The notes beneath the pieces are model-generated. The model was not told the DNA's origin, made no database searches, and was given only the letters and a program-made list of their open reading frames with translations. This document shows positions 63,591-64,000 of a DNA stretch of 64,000 bases, in pieces (positions within the stretch are counted from its first letter, which is position 1; each line of letters begins with the position of its first letter). Location: NCBI RefSeq assembly GCF_001194135.2, contig NC_068987.1, positions 27,301,956 to 27,365,955 on the forward strand, written 5' to 3'. The position numbers were made by a program, and so were the translations under genes. Source of the stretch: Octopus bimaculoides. Its lineage: Eukaryota.

Positions 63591-64000
63591 TGAATAATTC
63601 TTAGTTCTTTGATTTCCTGTAAAGCATTTTAGTACTTTATTTATTGCATTTCACTCATTTTTTACATCTAATATTTTGCGAATTTTTAATTGTTTCTTAA
63701 ATATTCACTTTGCTTAGGTAATATAGTCTATCAATTGCTACTAATTAAAAAATCTATAATTATAAAACACTGACGTCTTTAAACCAAAGACATCTTCCCA
63801 AAATTACACCGTTTTGCTTACTTTGAAGCCCTGCTTCAGTATTATTATGAATTCGATTGAATATCGAGAACGTTTTGAAGCCAATTATCTAACACGAAAA
63901 TGTGGTGATGTGTCTACTCGTAGCGCTTATAAGTAGCATTAAATATCATTAAAATACCTGAATGCTTATATTTAGTTAGGCAATCGCGAGTTCTTATCCT

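Overview
AT-rich, microsatellite-dense, N-gapped animal genomic DNA. The repeat families and draft-assembly style suggest an octopus (coleoid cephalopod); this is inference, not a database result. No long intact ORF and no host gene could be named; only low-confidence splice-bounded candidate exons are reported. The window is mostly decayed transposons: tRNA-headed SINEs, Tx1/L1-type, R4/Dong-type and RTE LINE remnants, a mariner transposase relic, a mariner-type MITE and a Penelope-like GIY-YIG relic. The standout is a family of short non-autonomous elements present as five segments (8.1-8.4, 8.4-8.5, 56.1-56.3, 61.3-62.4 and 62.5-62.8 kb). It is built as a tRNA-like Pol III head, an (AAT)n middle and a 3' tail carrying a minimal type I hammerhead ribozyme motif (GACAC-CUGAUGA-A-GGCUG..CAGCC-GAAACGUU/GUGUU). 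The copies have target-site duplications and inverted, tail-lacking partner arms, the architecture known for Penelope-like elements (PLEs), so this looks like a ribozyme-bearing SINE mobilised by PLE machinery. At 60.8-63.5 kb it sits in a three-layer nest: an old R4/Dong LINE, then the inverted SINE dimer with a 12-bp TSD, then a younger R4/Dong fragment inserted in the SINE's own AAT repeat. Also notable: a 30-bp pre-miRNA-like hairpin next to an 11-nt candidate microexon, a 55-bp foldback and an exact 31-bp local duplication.
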